64,000 bases of DNA from Macrostomum lignano (lineage: Eukaryota), in assembly GCA_002269645.1 (NCBI GenBank), contig NIVC01000907.1:62001-126000 (forward strand). Direction: 5' to 3'. The position numbers and the translations under genes are program-made. Shown here in pieces: positions 62,101 through 64,000 of this stretch (its first letter is position 1; every line of letters starts with the position of its first letter). The notes beneath the pieces are model-generated. The model searched no databases. It was not told where the DNA came from and saw only the letters and a program-made list of their open reading frames with translations.

Positions 62101-63947
62101 GGATCGGGATCTGGGATCGGGATCTGGGATCGGGATCTGGGATCGGGATCTGGGATCGGGATCTGGGATCGGGATCTGGGATCGGGATCTGGGATCGGGA
62201 TCTGGGATCGGGATCTGGGATCGGGATCTGGGATCGGGATCTGGGATCGGGATCTGGGATCGGGATCTGGGATCGGGATCTGGGATCGGGATCTGGGATC
62301 GGGATCTGGGATCGGGATCTGGGATCGGGATCTGGGATCGGGATCTGGGATCGGGATCTGGGATCGGGATCTGGGATCGGGATCTGGGATCGGGATCTGG
62401 GATCGGGATCTGGGATCGGGATCTGGGATCGGGATCTGGGATCGGGATCTGGGATCGGGATCTGGGATCGGGATCTGGGATCGGGATCTGGGATCGGGAT
62501 CTGGGATCGGGATCTGGGATCGGGATCTGGGATCGGGATCTGGGATCGGGATCTGGGATCGGGATCTGGGATCGGGATCTGGGATCGGGATCTGGGATCG
62601 GGATCTGGGATCGGGATCTGGGATCGGGATCTGGGATCGGGATCTGGGATCGGGATCTGGGATCGGGATCTGGGATCGGGATCTGGGATCGGGATCTGGG
62701 ATCGGGATCTGGGATCGGGATCTGGGATCGGGATCTGGGATCGGGATCTGGGATCGGGATCTGGGATCGGGATCTGGGATCGGGATCTGGGATCGGGATC
62801 TGGGATCGGGATCTGGGATCGGGATCTGGGATCGGGATCTGGGATCGGGATCTGGGATCGGGATCTGGGATCGGGATCTGGGATCGGGATCTGGGATCGG
62901 GATCTGGGATCGGGATCTGGGATCGGGATCTGGGATCGGGATCTGGGATCGGGATCTGGGATCGGGATCTGGGATCGGGATCTGGATCTGGGATCGGGAT
63001 CTGGGATCGGGATCTGGGATCGGGATCTGGGATCGGGATCTAATAATCTACGCTCGTAAAATCAGTTAAATATAATCAGGCTGTAATTGAGGCCTGTGGC
63101 GGTTTCGATGTTCCAAGCGGAGGGCTGTTATCAAGAGCAGCATAAGCAGGTAATTGATGCCTGGCACAGGTTTGGAATACGGTATAAACCTAAACATGAC
63201 GAAAGCATAAATATTAGTACAGATTGGCTTTTTCAGTTTAGCCTGAGAAAGTTTCATGGGACCAGCTCATTCCATGTACCATGTTAAGGAGCTAAGGAGC
63301 GGAACCCTTCGGTTCATAATCTGGGAAAAGTATTGCAAGGGTGGGAATTCGAATTGGGATCGTGGGATCAAGGTACGGGATTCAGGGTGTGAGGTCATGA
63401 TGCTAGATCCCGGTGCAAGATGAGAGTGCGGGATCAGAGTGTGGGATTGAGCTAAGGATCGGGGTGGGGGATCATTGTGTGGGATCATTGTGTGGGATCA
63501 GTGTGTGGGATCAGTGTGTGGGATTGGACTCCCTGGCAGGAATATGGAGCTCGTCAGTAACAAGGCACTGCAGCGCAAGGCCCTTACCAGATTCGGGCGG
63601 AGGCACCCTGGGCTGCTTGAGGGCATTTTTCCTGGGCGGCGGTGTGGGAGACGATTCGGCCTGCTGCTCAAGCAGCTGCTGCTGCTGCTCCGCCGAGATG
63701 GGCGGCGGCGTGCCGTACACGTCATCGGCGCGGGCCGCGGCGAGCTCCGGCACCGGAGACGGCACCCGGTAGACCGAGGGGTCCTCGGCCGGCACGCCGT
63801 AGACGCCCTCGGCAACCAAATCTGCTTGCAGCTCGGCGGGCAATTTGTAGGCCTCGCTGTCCGCGTCATCGACCGCGGCCGGCTGCAACCGCGGCGGCGG
63901 TGGCGGCGGCGGTCGCTGCAGCATTGGCTGGGTGCTGAGCAGGCCGG
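59146..63947 (-). CDS. 3' part of a phosphotyrosine docking/adaptor protein (Gab/DOS/IRS-like); exons 63947-63588, 61734-61430, 59283-59146; 5' end beyond the window
   Basis: GT-AG junctions with matching phases (1/1, 1/0, 0/stop); four YxxP motifs (YKLP, YGVP, YRVP, YGTP); Pro-rich and Ser/Asp-rich segments; C-terminal LGYAQLDF...VEYTEL. Confidence 0.7.
59450..60490. repeat. 16-bp minisatellite (GCAGATTCAGTGACAG)n with shorter GACACAGTGACA variants, intronic
   Basis: Direct. Confidence 0.93.
61060..61380. repeat. Degenerate GGATCTA/GGTATG repeat, intronic
   Basis: Recurrent GGGATCTAGG motifs. Confidence 0.7.
61805..63040. repeat. 13-bp minisatellite (GGGATCTGGGATC)n, about 95 copies, intronic
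   Basis: Direct; explains the GSGIGIWDRDL ORFs. Confidence 0.98.
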
Positions 63948-64000
63948 CTGGGGGATGAGTGGCGATTATTGTGAGCACTCTACATATCGGCGACAGATTA

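Noticed and set aside
61500-63069. 400-520-aa GSGIGIWDRDL ORFs
   Set aside because: Stop-free translations of the 13-bp intronic minisatellite, antisense to the supported gene.

Overview
Repeat-rich eukaryotic DNA, almost certainly from a flatworm: it holds a flatworm-type EF-hand/dynein-light-chain (TAL) gene, and the short introns and dense minisatellites resemble Macrostomum (species is an inference). 1-21.7 kb is a tandem macro-array. It has three copies of a small gene for a secreted six-cysteine peptide, each preceded by a variable-length 15-bp minisatellite. Two copies of a 2.4-kb long-TIR DNA transposon separate them, each sitting between AAA and TTT with no target-site duplication (Spy-like). 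On its minus strand the element carries the C-terminal half of a PIF/Harbinger-clade-like transposase, a degenerate SWIM finger, and a USP/peptidase-C19 deubiquitinase-like domain with Cys, His and Asp boxes. A predicted splice joins these in frame; this is the most unusual thing in the window. The rest contains a LINE-like remnant with an SGNH esterase after an AP-endonuclease N-terminus, MITEs, about 15 unrelated minisatellites, an intronless orexin/allatotropin-like GPCR with altered microswitches, the 3-exon TAL gene, an intronless SERTA/IER-like gene, and the 3' exons of a Gab/DOS-like docking protein. Most ORFs in the supplied track are artefacts of repeats. All domain calls come from motif recognition by eye; no database searches were run.
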